A stretch of 64,000 nucleotides of DNA from Euprymna scolopes. Its lineage: Eukaryota. Of this stretch, positions 12,078 to 26,857 are shown one piece after another (position 1 is the first letter of the stretch; each line of letters opens with the position of its first letter). Made by a program: the position numbers and the translations under genes. Where the stretch lies: the NCBI GenBank assembly GCA_053919585.1, contig CM132787.1, one strand, 5' to 3'. Under the pieces are notes generated by a model. That model made no database searches. It was not told the DNA's origin and was given only the letters and a program-made list of their open reading frames with translations.

Positions 12078-13523
12078 GGGACGATTAATCGGTAAAATCA
12101 GGATTTTAGGGGTAATGGTATCGGAATCGGGAAAATTATAGTCCAATTTCCGATTCCAAATAGATTCTTTAAAATGTTTAAATAAAAAATGAAACAAGCA
12201 CATACTGTTTTTTTATTAGGAGTTGTTCTTTTACAACACAAGACAGAAAAGGACCACACAATGAGTTATACATCTAATTTACAAATTTAAAATTGATTAG
12301 CAGAGTTTAATTTATTTCATTTAATGGTCATTTATAACTTCTTTATTGCCTTTATTATCCTTTAGCATCTATTCGCTAAAATGTCTATGTGCCCTCATCT
12401 GAGGGAGTTCCTGTGATTTTTAAAAAACTTTAAATGTGCTGGGCGGGGGAGGGTCACATTTCGTTGGCGTCAGCTTACATTGGGATGTTTGTCATCGGCT
12501 TCTTCTGATGGCATCTTTTGTAGACACAAGGAAACCCTCAGATTCTCCAAATTTCATTTGTTTTTATTAGTTTTTATTGTAAGCAAAGTAAAATAATTCT
12601 GGGGGCACTTGCCTATTCCATATCTCATATTTTAAAAAGCTTTTCACACCTATTTGATAAATGGCCATATGGCGTCTATTACAGTCTTGCGAAATAAATA
12701 TCAAATGCTTAGATTGTTTTCTGGTGCGGGTTTTGTATGATTACCACATCCTTTGAAATATTTCATGTTTCGTTATATTTTGTTTGGTTTGGGCGCAAGT
12801 GTAAATATAGATGAAAATCTCACAAGTTTATCAAAACATTGGACAGGCAAACATTGAGAGTTTATTAAATTTTAAAAAGAAATTTCATTTACATTTAAAA
12901 TACCCTAAACATGAGATGCTCGTTTTTAGGCGATTCTGTGTGAAACGTTATTTTATAATTTAGAATAGGGGTTCAGTTGTGCATATTATGTAAACTGATT
13001 CCATTTCGGTACATTATAACTTTTTAAGCACTAATTCTAAAGCCGATAAGCAAAATTATAAAATAACATGTAATTGCTATATTTTCCAATAGCCAGCCGT
13101 ACTTATGGTAAGTAGTAGGAAAGGAGCGTGTTGTTTATGACTTTTTACAATGCTATATATTAACACGATAGCGAGTGGGTCATTTATTTTGTGTGTCACG
13201 ATTACATCCGAGTGACTATTGTTTAATTATGGATGCTCATTTTTTATAATAAATACGTTTACCAAGAATTCTTAATAATTCGTTTTTTGGTTTTGGTTTC
13301 TATTAAAGCTAATGACACTCAAGTTAGTTATTTTCCCATACATAATTTTACCAAGAATTATGCATAAGTTTTGCTTTCGATTTCGATTATAGCTGTTGGA
13401 ACCCCAGTGATCTATCTTTTTAATAAAAAAATAATGCATTTTGCTTCCGGTTTCAAGTGCCGTTGAAGAAACTCCAGCTGATGCACCAAAGTCATATTTT
13501 TTTTAATTTTTGAAATTGCAATT

Positions 13524-13576
<53 letters not shown>

Positions 13577-14899
13577 CGATAGAACATTAACTCTATAATA
13601 CTATATACCAAATCTACAATAATCATAAACTGAAAAGAAATTAAGCGTCGTTGCTAGCTTCGATGACTACTTTTGCATTTTTAACAAGAGTTTCAATGAT
13701 ATCATTGCATCTCTATTTACGGCATGAATACTAACATCAATATATTACATATAAATAGATTCCCTGTGCAATTTGCACGAGTTTCGGTAGTTGTTATTAT
13801 TTGCATCTCGTTTTTGTTTTGTTTTTTACAGCAAAATAAATTATTTCAATAACCCACCAAATTGATATAATTAAAATGAAATTTAAAAATACATAGAAGA
13901 AACGCACATAATAGTTAACGAAGTCCACACCCCTTTCATGTAAAAAATAGTTTTCCAAATAGAAAGATTATTATTTAGACGTTCGTTCGTAACAATGAAG
14001 GGCGTTGTTGATATTTTTTTCTTTCATAGTTTTCTCATTTTACCTACTAATCGTCGACTATTTTCAACTGTTTATTGCAACTTATAGCATGTTGTATACT
14101 AACGACAAACAGATACAATATGGATTTGTTTAACATCAAAATAAACTTTTGTTGTCTTTCAATTTGCAATGCATTACAAGGAGAACATTTGAGAAAAAAT
14201 ATATCTGGAATATGCATATACAACAGAAGACAATTAAAAACTATATGAAATCAATCAGCGTTCGTGGAAATGAATGAATATTCGTCCGAATAGGTTTCAG
14301 CCTCCCACTCGAAGAACAAGGCGAATTCAATGTGGACAAGATCAACGACGCATGAAATTGAGGTATGTCTAACGTACATGTATCACAGACACAAACCTGC
14401 ATATGAACAATTTAGATATAAATATGAACTAAATAGACAGCAACAAGATAACTTCGGGTTCAAACTGTAAAGAAGCAACGATAGACATTTAGTGACACGT
14501 ATACACATCAGGATTAATCCTTCATCCCAATTACACATATGTACATATGGTGCTAAGGTACACATTACACAACGGGCCCCCTTTTTGGTACGCAATAATA
14601 CAATATATGCGCGCACGTGTTGGTGTGTCCGTTAAAAAATCATCCTGGTCTCTTTATATCCGGTGCTTGGAAAATAATTAAGGATGAATTTTTAGATATT
14701 AATTTAAGAAAAATTTTCGAAAACAGTTTAATAAAATAAATCTATGTACGTGAGCTTTCTTTATATAAAAATTTAAGCAAAGACAAAGCTTTACTTGAAT
14801 TATGTTTGTTATATTTCTGATTGCGATTTTATTTTCCTCTAGATTGACGAATTACTTGATATCAATCGTAGATGCAACATATGACGTAATAATGCAAGA

Positions 14900-15482
14900 C
14901 TACAGGTTGGAATAATTAAATCGTCGCTCTAGAATAGACGATATGATTCCATTTCCGTTTTATTAGAATACTGTTTTTTGTTTTAGCAACACATCTACTA
15001 GTTAGCCAGTTGTGTCCAAATCGCAAGAGCGATAAGTGTCTACTATCCTCTCGGAAATAGACACAATGTTCAACGAGCGTGATCGGAGGTGCGTCGTTGT
15101 ACAACTCATGTTGTCTACCGTCACAAATATGACACCAGCACATTTGCTGCTACCCACAAAATTCATTGCTGGATTGCCACGTATAAATGGCTGAATAGTA
15201 CGATTATCCAACGTACAAAGAAACCCAGGCCTTACTTTAGAAGGAGCGCTACCACTTTGTACTCTCCTAGCACTGGCCCCTCTCTTGACCTGAACACACT
15301 GAATTACTTCGTTTAGTAATACGTCGATCAACATAACATCCCACAACACAAAAGATAGCTTCGTAGCCGCCATCCCACAATTATTCGCCGATCTCATGCC
15401 GCCACTGTGGAAAAATGCATGCTCCTAGTTCCGGACGCGTATCGATATGCTGATGCTGGCTGAAGGCGGTTACATTAAATAG
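14900..15482 (+). mobile_element. Degenerate Tc1/mariner (maT/DD37D-like) transposase relic
   Basis: Translates as PSLDLNTLNYFV*...HNTKDSFVAAIPQLFADL...NACS*FRTRIDMLMLAEGGYIK*, resembling the SPDLNPLDYxVW...ACxxFRxRIEAVIxAxGGYIE C-terminus. Confidence 0.65.
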
Positions 15483-16775
15483 ATGTCAGCGGTACTACAT
15501 AATCAAGTTATCTAAATTGATTTTATCAATAAAAAAATTAAAATATAACTGTAGTGTTCTTTTGTTTAATGCGACGATTTTATCGTTCTACTCTGAATTA
15601 ATGTTTTCTGTCTTTAAGTGTCTAAGTAAATAATCAATCACATGCCAAAAATTATAGTCTTCAAAACTTTGCTCAACGGTGTATCTTGAAGAAAAACTTA
15701 TCGGAGTGTTGCGCAGCCAGTGTAAATGTAACGATCACGCATTAAATATATACGTTGTTGTTTGTTAAATAAAGCTAATTTAGGCACAATGCCCTATAAA
15801 TAGCCGGTATGTTTTATATTTTTCATATAAATGAAATAGTTAGATATTTCGATATATGCACAGTTTGAGTTAGTTTTTTTTTTTTTTTTTTTTTTTTTAC
15901 AGCTGATTATTTCGTTGGGAATTTGGGAACTCTTACTTTCATTATATTTATTGTTTTCTGCAGTATGAATTATAAACGTTTCGTGAGTTTAAAGAAAGTT
16001 TAATTTTTCTATCTTTATATGATATTTGATTATTGATTTTCTCATAACTGTGATACTGGCGATTATATTTATTGTTAGAAATTCCGCCGGAAAAAATACA
16101 GAGCGTTTTCTTTGAAGGAAATAAAATCATGTTTCAAGAGATGAAATTACATTTGCTTTCGATTTTCCATTGTTCGAACTGATATGATGTGAACGAATAT
16201 ATAAGATCCGTGAACGCTATTATTATTAACGGTACTGTAATCGCAAAGTTTAAACTTTTGATGCTTAATCGAATTCATTCGTATTTGGTCTCATTCGAAC
16301 GAGGGTATTTTTAAATACCGACTAAACTTAAATGCTGACATATATTGTTTGAGATATTTTAGAATAAAACAAATTGAAAATATGAAATCATGATGTCTCA
16401 ACAAATCTGATGGTGCTAAATAATGTAAATGACTTCATCTGACGACATATTAACAATTAACCCATGATTGTTTCAGTAGATTCTTTTTTTATATATAATA
16501 ATTACACCTGTTACAATGGCAGAAATGCATTTAATGCAAAATTGCAGTAAAATAATTGTATAATATTGTCTGTTTAGTATATTTCATTTGCTTAAAAATA
16601 TTTTAAAAATATGATTTGGAGGAAAGTAGAAAACTTTAAACAACGCTTAAATGTTCTGTTTGCAGAATCGTCTATGAAATAGTAAGCTAAATTAAAACGC
16701 TTATCTTTTCTCTAATTCACATTGGACGAATGAAGCCCTCATGTTTCAGCTTTATTTTTGTGACCTTGTATCTGT

Positions 16776-16814
<39 letters not shown>

Positions 16815-16859
16815 TGGTCATACCTCTGCTGAACATAGCACACTCTCTCCACCAAATAA

Positions 16860-18597
16860 ACATGGTCTGTACAGGTGAACGCTGTGTCACACGTCAAATT
16901 ATAAATCGATCGCAGGATTTTCTTGTAAGAGTGTTCCATTTTCTAGATCAGTTATAAGCAGACACTAAAGGGCCTGATCCACCCTAGTAAGCTTTCAGGG
17001 CAGATACCAGCTATTTTCTGGTCCTTGACCCTAACTGTAAGTTCAGTCTAGTGAACACAATGCTTAGCGATGCTGCACCAACACCGTTCCCTCACAAGGT
17101 GTGTCAGACCTGCTGAGACCAATACCCAGTGTATAGCTCTTGTAACTAGCAAGTGAGAGATGTAGGAGATGAGTGAGGACTAGGGATCTCTGTTAACCCT
17201 ATTGGGTGAAGCAGCCAGAGATTCAAAGGCACTACCTCTACCCAGAACCACAAAACTCTACCCAGAACCCCCTATACCCTAACATCTACTCAGATCCCCC
17301 TATACACTCACCTATCACCAGAATGCCTTCAATGCTCATGTGGGTTGTGATTCGCAATTTTTGGGAGATGTCATTGGTTCACATAGACTTGGTAAAATAA
17401 ACTCAAATGATGTTCTATTATTGTATCTTTTGCTTAATAATACGGTGTTTCATCTGCTTAATTGCAAGAAAGTCATTCAAAATATTCCCGATCTTATCAG
17501 TATCATCTCATTGGCTATGTCACTGTACGTTGTTCTGATAGACAACATATAAATGTTACACACTCTTACAGTATCGGGGAATGTTGCCATACATTTATCT
17601 GCTCCCCAGTCAGGATGAAAATCAAGCGCCCTGTTTGAAACCAACATAATTTTTTCAACAAGATAATTGATGTAAGCAAGTTGAAGGAAAAGAAGACAAT
17701 GCACTCGTTTCAACAGGCCACTGACTAAAAGCTATCCTCCATTGTATGTGGGAATGATATTGAGGCATTTTGGGGAGAGTTTAAGACTGCAGTGTATGAC
17801 TCTACCAAAGAGTCATTGGGATATGCTCGAAGGAAAAAAGATTGGTTTGATGAAAATTATCCAACTCTCGTATCCCTACTCAATAGCATGCATTGAACCC
17901 ATCAAGTACGGATTACTGACAAAAATTATTCAGTGAAACACAAGGCCTCTAGAATGGCCAAAATGTTAGCACAGTCTCGGCTCCAGAAAATGAAACAAGG
18001 GGAAAGCTAAGGCCTTACAAGATGAGGCAGATAGGCGTGATTTTAAATCTTCAACTAAAACCTCAAGGGGGTGTTTGGTCCCATTTCAAGAGAGGCATCT
18101 CCGTAGGATGGCAGTCTACAAATATTTTATTCTGCATGTTACTAAAACGAAGACCTTGTACAGCAAGCATATAAATCAGCTTGATTCCTTCCATATGAGA
18201 TGACTGCGTTCTGCTTGCAATGTTGGATGGCAGGATCGTTTTCCAAATAGTTAATTACTGGAGAGATGTTAAATCATTCGTATTGAATCATTTTTATCAG
18301 GATACAAATTATGTGGTCGGGTCATCTTGTGAGAATAGATGACTCATGAGTTCCTAAGCAACTTCTTATGGGCAACTGACACATTCTGTCCACTGTTGTT
18401 TCAAAGCTCGCAGCAAAGCAGGGTTATCTGTTTACTCGAGAAGGCATCTTGACTGATGATTATATGCAAGTTCACCATCTTCGGAAGAGTGTGGCGGGCG
18501 TCTACAGGATTGCAATTATGCATGGGATGTCACAGAGCTAAGGAGCTGCTGACGATTGCATACTGAACCCTCATTCATCGTTTTCGATGAAAGAATC

Positions 18598-18600
<3 letters not shown>
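16860..18600 (+). mobile_element. Degenerate, internally deleted RTE-clade LINE
   Basis: AFNAHVGCDSQFLGDVIGSHRLGKINSNDVLLL...NTVF resembles the APE endonuclease motif GDFNARVG...NSNGxLLL...NTxF. LDSFHMR*LR...WQDRFPN...WSGHLVRIDDS*VPKQL resembles the RTE C-terminal region. Ends at a TA tract. Confidence 0.75.
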
Positions 18601-18632
<32 letters not shown>

Positions 18633-21379
18633 TATATATATATATCACGAGAAATATGTTAATTATAGTAGCTGATATTATATATATATATATATGTATA
18701 TAATATAAACATATAATAAAGATTGATATATCAGTAATAATGATAATAATGAGAAAAAGAATCGATGATATATGCATACAATTGTCTAAACAAATTAAAA
18801 TAGGAATCCAAAAGTGTTATTTGACATTCATCCTCAGTTTTACGGTGCAATTACAAAAATAAATCTTTATCTGAATGTGGTGAATCATCATTTTATATAC
18901 ATATTTAATTACGAATATATGTTTATACAAAAATTACCCTAAGTGCGGCGCCCCCAGGCCGTATTAAATACGATAATTAATACAGTATTGATAATTTTTC
19001 CCAGCTGAAAACTGTATGGACTTATGTAGCCAATAATGTTTTAATGAAGAAAGGATACATAATAACATACCCATTTTCCTCAAATTGAACACTATCAGCG
19101 AAACATTGGTGTGTAATTTAATTTGCAACCCTAAAATAACTATGATACAAGCAATGTATGTTTACATCTTTTCTTATACATAAAAGGCACTTTGTATGCG
19201 TGCGTGAGTTCGTTTCATATGCACTTGAAACAGGGATACCGACTTAAAAAAAAATCATCCAAATATACTTTGTGTTTGAGCGTTATATTAAGTGGATTAT
19301 CTATTCCAACCCAACGGATATGTATCAAGACCCGATATTCAAAAAACCGATTTAAGAAAGAAACTGCTCAATTAACACAAAAAGTCTAAAATATCCTAAC
19401 ATCACAAGTGCATTCCCGATTTTTTATGACTACACATATATAATTACGGGATATATAAAACCAGCAGTACTTCTTTATGAAATGACAGAATCGTCATTAA
19501 AATAAATGCTTATTTTATAGACACAATTGAACAAAATATATATATATATATATTTTTACAGTTAAGCACGAATTTACGCCATTATATAAAACTAATTCAT
19601 GAACTCATTTACATGCTCTCTGCAGTGAAACGTTGACTACAATTCATAGTGGATTAAGTAACTGATGAGAGGCATGTGAAAACTCGCCCCAGTGCGTCGA
19701 GGTGCGTCCCTGTCTACAGTAGACAAAACATTGATTTGATTGAAATATGGGTGATTTAGCAGCTTTCGATGATAATATAAGTACTGGAAGTGTTGAACAT
19801 TTTTTGCGATATGAGAACATATAATTTTAAGCAACGCCAAACACTACTGCTATATATCAGGTATAATTAGTTTGTTTCTCTTGCGATACATATATCCCAT
19901 TTGGCAGGTCATTATTGGAACGATCTGTTCGGGGGTATAAATTAATTTGCCATATCCGTTTACATTTTAACTCGCATGAGTCGCCTCCGGGCTCGTGCCT
20001 CAATTTTTCAAAAATGCGTTCAAAGAATGTATTGAAAGAACCGATTAAAAACGTCTAAAAGCTGTTAAGCACACCTTTTCGCTGATAGTGAGAATGTTTG
20101 ATAGTCGTTTTTTTATGCGAATGCGTAGAACTTCTCTATTAGTGGGCTCGCAGGATATAAGACGGATAAAATGAGATTATTTTTTGTTAATATATTTGTG
20201 AATCCATTTTGAGGGTGTCCCTTTCCACTAGATATTTGTACTTGAAGCTGTTATTGGAAGAAATGCATCATGTATGCGGGCGAGGAATAGATCTACAGAT
20301 ATATGAACAGTTTTTCGAGAAAAATTCCCTTATAGGACATTTGAAAACATACATGCTGTAACCAGTTGTTATCAAATTCTTCTTGAATGTCAAATTATTG
20401 CCTAAGTACTTTTCGTTTTATTTTATTTTATTTTTTTGTAATAAATGATAATTTGCAAGTTATAGTGTTGTTTTCTATGAAGGAAATGTGTTTATATATG
20501 AATTTTTTTTCTAGTTGATTTTATAATTATCCTCCATTTCTTACAATAGTATAGGGTATCATCGTAATAATTATGAATTCTTTTGTAATAGCGGCTCAAA
20601 TGTGTTTAATTTTTTATAGACTACATAATTTAGGAAGTTATTATTAGTAAGAGTTTGTTTTATACCAGAGAGTCCCTTATAAAATATTAAGTTAATAAAT
20701 TAATTGCGTTGTACCCGGTTGATGAGATTTTATCTAAGGCCATTTAATAACAATATGGAAATTCACTTTAAAAATTAAAAATATTTAATTATTTGCTAGC
20801 AACTTTTCAGACGGGTGTGGTAACAAATTTATCAACGTCGTCTTTTGTTTTATTTTTATCGGATAGAAAAACTGTAATTTATATTTATTTTACGTTGGAA
20901 ATAATTATTTATTATTGCATATATAATCAATATTAAAGCGCCTGTATAATATTAGGGGTTTAATGAAATGAAACAAAACCTATTGTTGTGTCATCGACTT
21001 TAGATATATGTTTAACGCCTGCTCATTCAAACAATTTCCGCAAAGTAACCATATTCATGTACATCCCAATGCAAAACTCAATCATGTTTGGCAAGTAGAA
21101 AACAAACAACTCACAAGCAGTGCCTTAAAACAACCAACAATATTAAAACATAATTGAAGATATAAATATATATTTTCCTTACAGAATGACAATGTCCATT
21201 ACAAAATAATCCGAAAATATTCTTAATAGCGTAAGAATAAACAAATAAACCCATCATATGAAAATATAGCTCTATGAATCCAGATAGATGTAGTCAATTA
21301 ATTTTAATATAGGTAATAGAGAAAGAAAACATGCTAGTTGTTTACTTATGATTGACCCACATTAGGATCGGTAAGAGCG

Positions 21380-22780
21380 CTAGCAGGACCCGGTAACCGG
21401 CGTTGCCCGAGGAAGGCCTCCTCCTCCATCGCAAAAAAGTAAACTACGATTGTTGGTGGCCACTGCTATTCCTGAACAATTGCGGACCCTTGTAGCCGTT
21501 GCCGAGGTGTAATAATCCGGCCTTCACGCTAGGTACTGTTTGAATCGAAGAAAAGCAACTAAGGGAATGCGTAAATTAGTATAAATTAATAGAATTACGA
21601 AAAATCGTCCATTAGAATAATATTAGAATGTAAAAACAAAAGTTTTAGATGCTCACTGTATATTAACTATTTAGTGTTATTGAAATCAGTGGTTGAATTC
21701 CGAGCTGTTTTCGATTGTTGTCACAGTTTTCCTCTTCTTTTAAATTCTTCCACTAATAGTATTAAATTAAATTCCTGTTTTATGTCTTCTTATTTTAACG
21801 TGTAAAAAATTAGGACTTTTTACGCTTCATTTCGGCGTTCGGAATACTCACATCAACATCCCCGTGTGAGGAACGGCAGCCGTAGTAAATAACCGCGTTT
21901 TTACGCGGGGGAATAATTCTCTCAAATTTAACCGAGATATTCGTTGTCACAATACCCACCAGCAAATGCTATGAAAACAAGCAGCGCGTGCGTTGTCCCC
22001 TCCTGGTTCTTCATGTGAGATAACACCAAAAATAGTGACAAAATGATTAATGTGTGAACTGTGAACAGGTAACCTTACCTCCACATTTTCGCCAAGTTTC
22101 AGAAAAATCTAATGTGTGAGGCAAAAATCATGAGGCAAAAAAATTAATTTTCTACAATTTGGGGGCATGAGTGGCTCCTTTTGAACTCCTGGGAACTCTA
22201 AATCCCAGTGAAAATGGAGAAAGACTGAAGATTTACGCCTAACGACATGTATATTTGAATTCAGGACAATGGAAACCCACTATATACACATACATATCAA
22301 GTTTTAGAATAATATAAAAAAAGAGTTCATAAAATGCATGTTTTAGCCCTAAAATCCCAGAGGGATGCGAATAATGTTTTTACCAGGGTTACCAATTCCA
22401 AATTTATATTAAGCACAATGGCCTCTACATTTTGAACAAGGTTCCGAAAACCCTAATGGAGGATCAAACGCTATGGGGCCAAAGCTGTAATCTTTGGCCA
22501 TTTTTCACCTCTTTTGAACCCCTGAGTGCACCGATTCTCAGTGTTAATAGATAATGGTGAAGTTTCAGGCCATAACACATAATATTTGAGTTGACTACCG
22601 TGAAAAATCACTATATCGTAAGACATATCAAGTTTTTGCTGAGAAATATAAAAAAAAGCAAGAGAAGGATCGTTTTAGAAGTCCCCGGTGAGGCGAACTA
22701 GAATTTTGCCACTGTCAGTCATACTGCATTTATATTAAGAACAATAGGCTCCAAATTTTATCAAGAGAAATCGATAGCAT
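21380..22780 (-). mobile_element. Non-autonomous Helitron-like element (copy A)
   Basis: Minus-strand terminus cctcgggcaacgccggttaccgggtcctgCTAG at 21380-21412. Segment ~22080-22760 is homologous, in inverted orientation, to ~28090-28750. Continuity between terminus and homologous block is assumed. Confidence 0.5.
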
Positions 22781-22969
22781 AAAAAACAATATTACTGGCG
22801 AAATTAAATAGCACTACTTGGGAATTTGAATGTGCCAGAAATAAGAAAAAAACGATTAAAAGAAAGATTTAATCTGAAACTGCGTTTAAAAGCGACTAAA
22901 ACTAAACATTGGCACAACAAGGGCTAAGGGGGAAAACGGGGGAAAAACGAAGGAAAAACGGGTCAAATT

Positions 22970-23317
22970 TCACGAAAGAAATAACGTTTTCGTTTTGTTC
23001 TCTTTTCCGGCATAAAGAAGGTTTTTGAACCGCAATAGAGACATACACCAAAATCTGTAAACGGTTTTTGGAGTCTTTCTCAGCACAGCAGTGATTGTCA
23101 ACCAAATGCTGGACAATGGCAGAGCCCAAGGCTACCGAATGAGGAAACTACCAGAGCCTACGTTCCCCTGTCTGATTTCGGATGGAACGTGCTGGGTTAT
23201 ACGAGTTAGCAAATGCAAAGATGTTCGCCCAACATAACCAGCATCGCACTGGCATTTAAATTGATAAACAATATTACTAATTTGGGTGTAAGGCAAACTA
23301 TCTTTGCGAAAAGAAGG
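22970..23317 (-). mobile_element. Penelope-like element, GIY-YIG endonuclease C-terminus (runs into gap)
   Basis: Minus strand: SNIVYQFKCQCDAGYVGRTSLHLLTRITQHVP...SAIVQHLVDNHCCAEK...IAVQKPSLCRKRE, with the GIY-YIG motifs of PLE endonucleases. Confidence 0.85.
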
Positions 23318-23790
23318 NNNNNNNNNNNNNNNNNNNNNNNNNNNNNNNNNNNNNNNNNNNNNNNNNNNNNNNNNNNNNNNNNNNNNNNNNNNNNNNNNNN
23401 NNNNNNNNNNNNNNNNNNNNNNNNNNNNNNNNNNNNNNNNNNNNNNNNNNNNNNNNNNNNNNNNNNNNNNNNNNNNNNNNNNNNNNNNNNNNNNNNNNNN
23501 NNNNNNNNNNNNNNNNNNNNNNNNNNNNNNNNNNNNNNNNNNNNNNNNNNNNNNNNNNNNNNNNNNNNNNNNNNNNNNNNNNNNNNNNNNNNNNNNNNNN
23601 NNNNNNNNNNNNNNNNNNNNNNNNNNNNNNNNNNNNNNNNNNNNNNNNNNNNNNNNNNNNNNNNNNNNNNNNNNNNNNNNNNNNNNNNNNNNNNNNNNNN
23701 NNNNNNNNNNNNNNNNNNNNNNNNNNNNNNNNNNNNNNNNNNNNNNNNNNNNNNNNNNNNNNNNNNNNNNNNNNNNNNNNNNNNNNNNNN
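23318..23790. other. Assembly gap (N run)
   Basis: Continuous Ns. Confidence 1.
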
Positions 23791-23873
23791 ATGCTTAAGA
23801 AAAATTCATAACCTTCTTAATTTTTCATATTTTATTTTTTCAGGGCTTCTAGAGTAACCCTTCTAAGGTTATC

Positions 23874-24145
23874 ATGAGCCGTTACACTACCGATGAGCAG
23901 ATATTCATCGTATAGTACTATTTTCGGTTGAATGGGTCAACATTAGAAGCTTCAAGAGAATTTCGACGAAACTTCAACACAAGAATGCAATAAAGGCTAT
24001 AGTGGCTCAATTTCATGAGCAAGGGTATGTGTGTGACCTTCCTAAATCTGGTAGACCCCGTACGGCAAGAAGTGATTATAATCGCAAGAGATTAGCAGAG
24101 AGTGTGGCCGAAGATCCATCCACAGCAGTAAGGAAGAGATCAAGT
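23874..24145 (+). mobile_element. Tc1/mariner N-terminal HTH fragment (DUF4817-type, rosa/DD41D-like)
   Basis: MSRYTTDEQIFIV*YYF...ASREFRRNF...AIVAQFHEQGYVCDLPKSGRPRTARS...ESVAEDPSTAVRKRS. Truncated before the catalytic domain. Confidence 0.75.
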
Positions 24146-25412
24146 AACTTCTTTAGAGCATTGTATCATTAAATACAATTTGAAATAATAGGCAAGAACT
24201 ATAAAATGGCAGACTACAAAACAAGACAAATATTATTTATCCATCCGTTAAAAAAATACCTTTTTGCCATCTTATTATATTTAAGTGGTAATATGAATCA
24301 TTGGCCTTTAACCGATTTTGGACAATTAGGATAAACATATTCCGACGAAAAATTTTATATTAAAGATAATAAAAATTTATTTGAAATAATTAAATGAGAA
24401 TAAAAGAATAATAGTTCAGGTATAAATTAAATTCTAAATAGATATTAAATGAGATACAATATGCTATTTTCATTATTGGAAAAAATATTTATGAATTTGC
24501 TTTGTCTTAATTAAATAAGTGTGTAGATATGTCATAGATATTACGATTAATAATGTTTCTTAATAAATATATAGATTAATACTAAAGAATATTAAATATA
24601 CTTTATAAGTGTATATCGAAATTAATACAATTATTAATACTAATATTTAAATTTGAGTGGCTTTACTTTAAAATGCAAAATGGCGAAATAAATGAAAACA
24701 TACAAAAGTAATTGAAACTTTTCCTCTAATTTTCTGATTTGGTAGTTATGCACACATGAATGCTATTTTATTTTGATCGTTGATATATGATATGTCTTAC
24801 AATGAGTTATGGGCAAAATAGTTTTATTGATTGATTTAATTATTTAATAACTGATTTAGTTGTATAACACAAGTGAGGCTGAAAGTATAAATATGAACGT
24901 ACTTAAAATAATAAATTGTGAGATGGTCAAAATCATGTTATTTGGAATGTAGACTTTTGTCATTTATTGGTTATACGTTCTGTAAATACATTGCCCTTCA
25001 AAAATAAAGCAGTGCTGTAAGTAAAAGGTGAATTTAAAACCAAGTTATTTTTCAATTTGTTGGATTAGAATAAAGATGCCTGTCAATGTACCCTTTACAA
25101 GGACGGTTGAAAATTGCTCCAAATCGAAAATGAAACAAACGCTTGGAGAAACACATAAAATAAAAGACAAACACTAGGCGAAAATGGAATGGGGATATAA
25201 TATTTCGTTTCAATTTCTAATCGGTTACACAACATAAAACAGTTATAATGGAATGGAAATGATAGGAATTTCACGTCAAAAATTATGTACACACTGCTTT
25301 CCTACAGGAAATATAAAAACTGTGTGTTTTTGCTGCGTAATGATAAAAAATAGAATCTAATTTTTGAGGAGTGATTTAGCTAAAGGTGATAATTTATTAA
25401 TATTGTTTCAAC

Positions 25413-25448
25413 AATTATTATTTTTATTTTTATTATTATTATTATTAC

Positions 25449-25481
<33 letters not shown>

Positions 25482-25570
25482 TGTATGACAACTATTAGCA
25501 ATATTACAATACTTACTACTATTCATACTATAATTACTACCATTATTACTTTTACTGTTATCATCATCAT
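25413..25570. repeat. (ATT)n / (ACT,ATC)n trinucleotide microsatellite
   Basis: Degenerate ATT repeats. Confidence 0.9.
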
Positions 25571-26190
25571 TACCATTAATATTCATTTTCTTTCTTCACA
25601 CTAACGCAAACGAAGTAATCGACCAAATTTTTAAAATTACGAGAAAAAATACTTCAACATTAGTTCCTAGTTATAGTTAACAGATACCGGTTACAATGTA
25701 AATGGATAATTTTCTTAACAGTAACATTATTCTGCAAATGCTGAATATTGATAGGGGGTGGATTCTTTAACCCTTTTGTTCCTAAACTGTTTTCTTACTT
25801 TGCATGAAAATCGTTGATTCTTTTTGTTTATGAAACTTGCATGTGACATTAACGCTGAGCAAGTGGTAATGAGATTTGTTTTGAAATAAAAGGAAAATCG
25901 TATAAGAATGTTCAATAAATTACAAGTAAATCGTTAGCGAAAACATTTAGAAAGATATACTCTTGTAATATACGTTCGCTTCGAAGTGTATTTTCTATGT
26001 TTTGCAAAATATATGCGGGCATTAAACGGAGGGGTACATTCATTTTAACATTTAAAAAAATCAAAAAATCGAATTTTTAAATAAAAGTTAAAGAATATTT
26101 AGACTCGGAATCGGTATTGTAAAGAAATCGGATATTTGGAACAGAGTCGCGAATTGCATTGGAATTCGGAAAATTTTATAAATAGCCCCA

Positions 26191-26271
<81 letters not shown>

Positions 26272-26676
26272 AGACAGAGACACACACACCCATATGTTTG
26301 TATAGGAATGGAAATTTCCAATACTCCTGAGACCTTTATTAAATTGAATATATATTATCAATAATTTTAATATGTATGCAGCTAATAAATGTGAACTGAG
26401 TGTGGGCGGATTTTTTCCAGTACATATCGAATACACGTGTTAATGAGTTTCTTTATTCCTATCTCTATACTTATACTAGGAAAACCTAATGTAAATTAAA
26501 CATTGTTAGTAATATGTGGTAACGACTGAGGGGTTCATGTCGTAAATTTACAATGTATTAAATATATTGTGAAACTATTTCAATTTGTCACTTCGTATTC
26601 ATCAGATTTATCCATTTCCATATGCCGTGTGCTTTGCATGTAATGCGTCAATGTGGATTTCGTTTTAAATATTTAT

Positions 26677-26857
26677 TGTAGCAGAATTAGCAGTAACCAA
26701 AATGAAAAATTGAGCTTACCTCGGATACGTCTGTTTTGGGCTGGCGAAGGTGTGGATGTTTACGCCAACAAAATCAGGCAGTTGGTTGGATTGGCCGGAT
26801 TCACAAAGGATGGCTTAGAGAGACTCTAGCATTTTGGTTACTGCTAATTCTGCTACA
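26677..26857. mobile_element. 181-bp MITE with perfect 28-bp TIRs and 5-bp TSD (Ginger/TDD-like termini)
   Basis: TGTAGCAGAATTAGCAGTAACCAAAATG ... CATTTTGGTTACTGCTAATTCTGCTACA, flanked by TTTAT on both sides (26672-26676 and 26858-26862). Confidence 0.9.

Noticed and set aside
19660-19720. CTGATGA hammerhead-like start
   Set aside because: No GAAA after the putative stem II and no stem I or III pairing.
23213-23857. Long ORFs across N runs (also 44510-45139)
   Set aside because: Open only because of assembly gaps.
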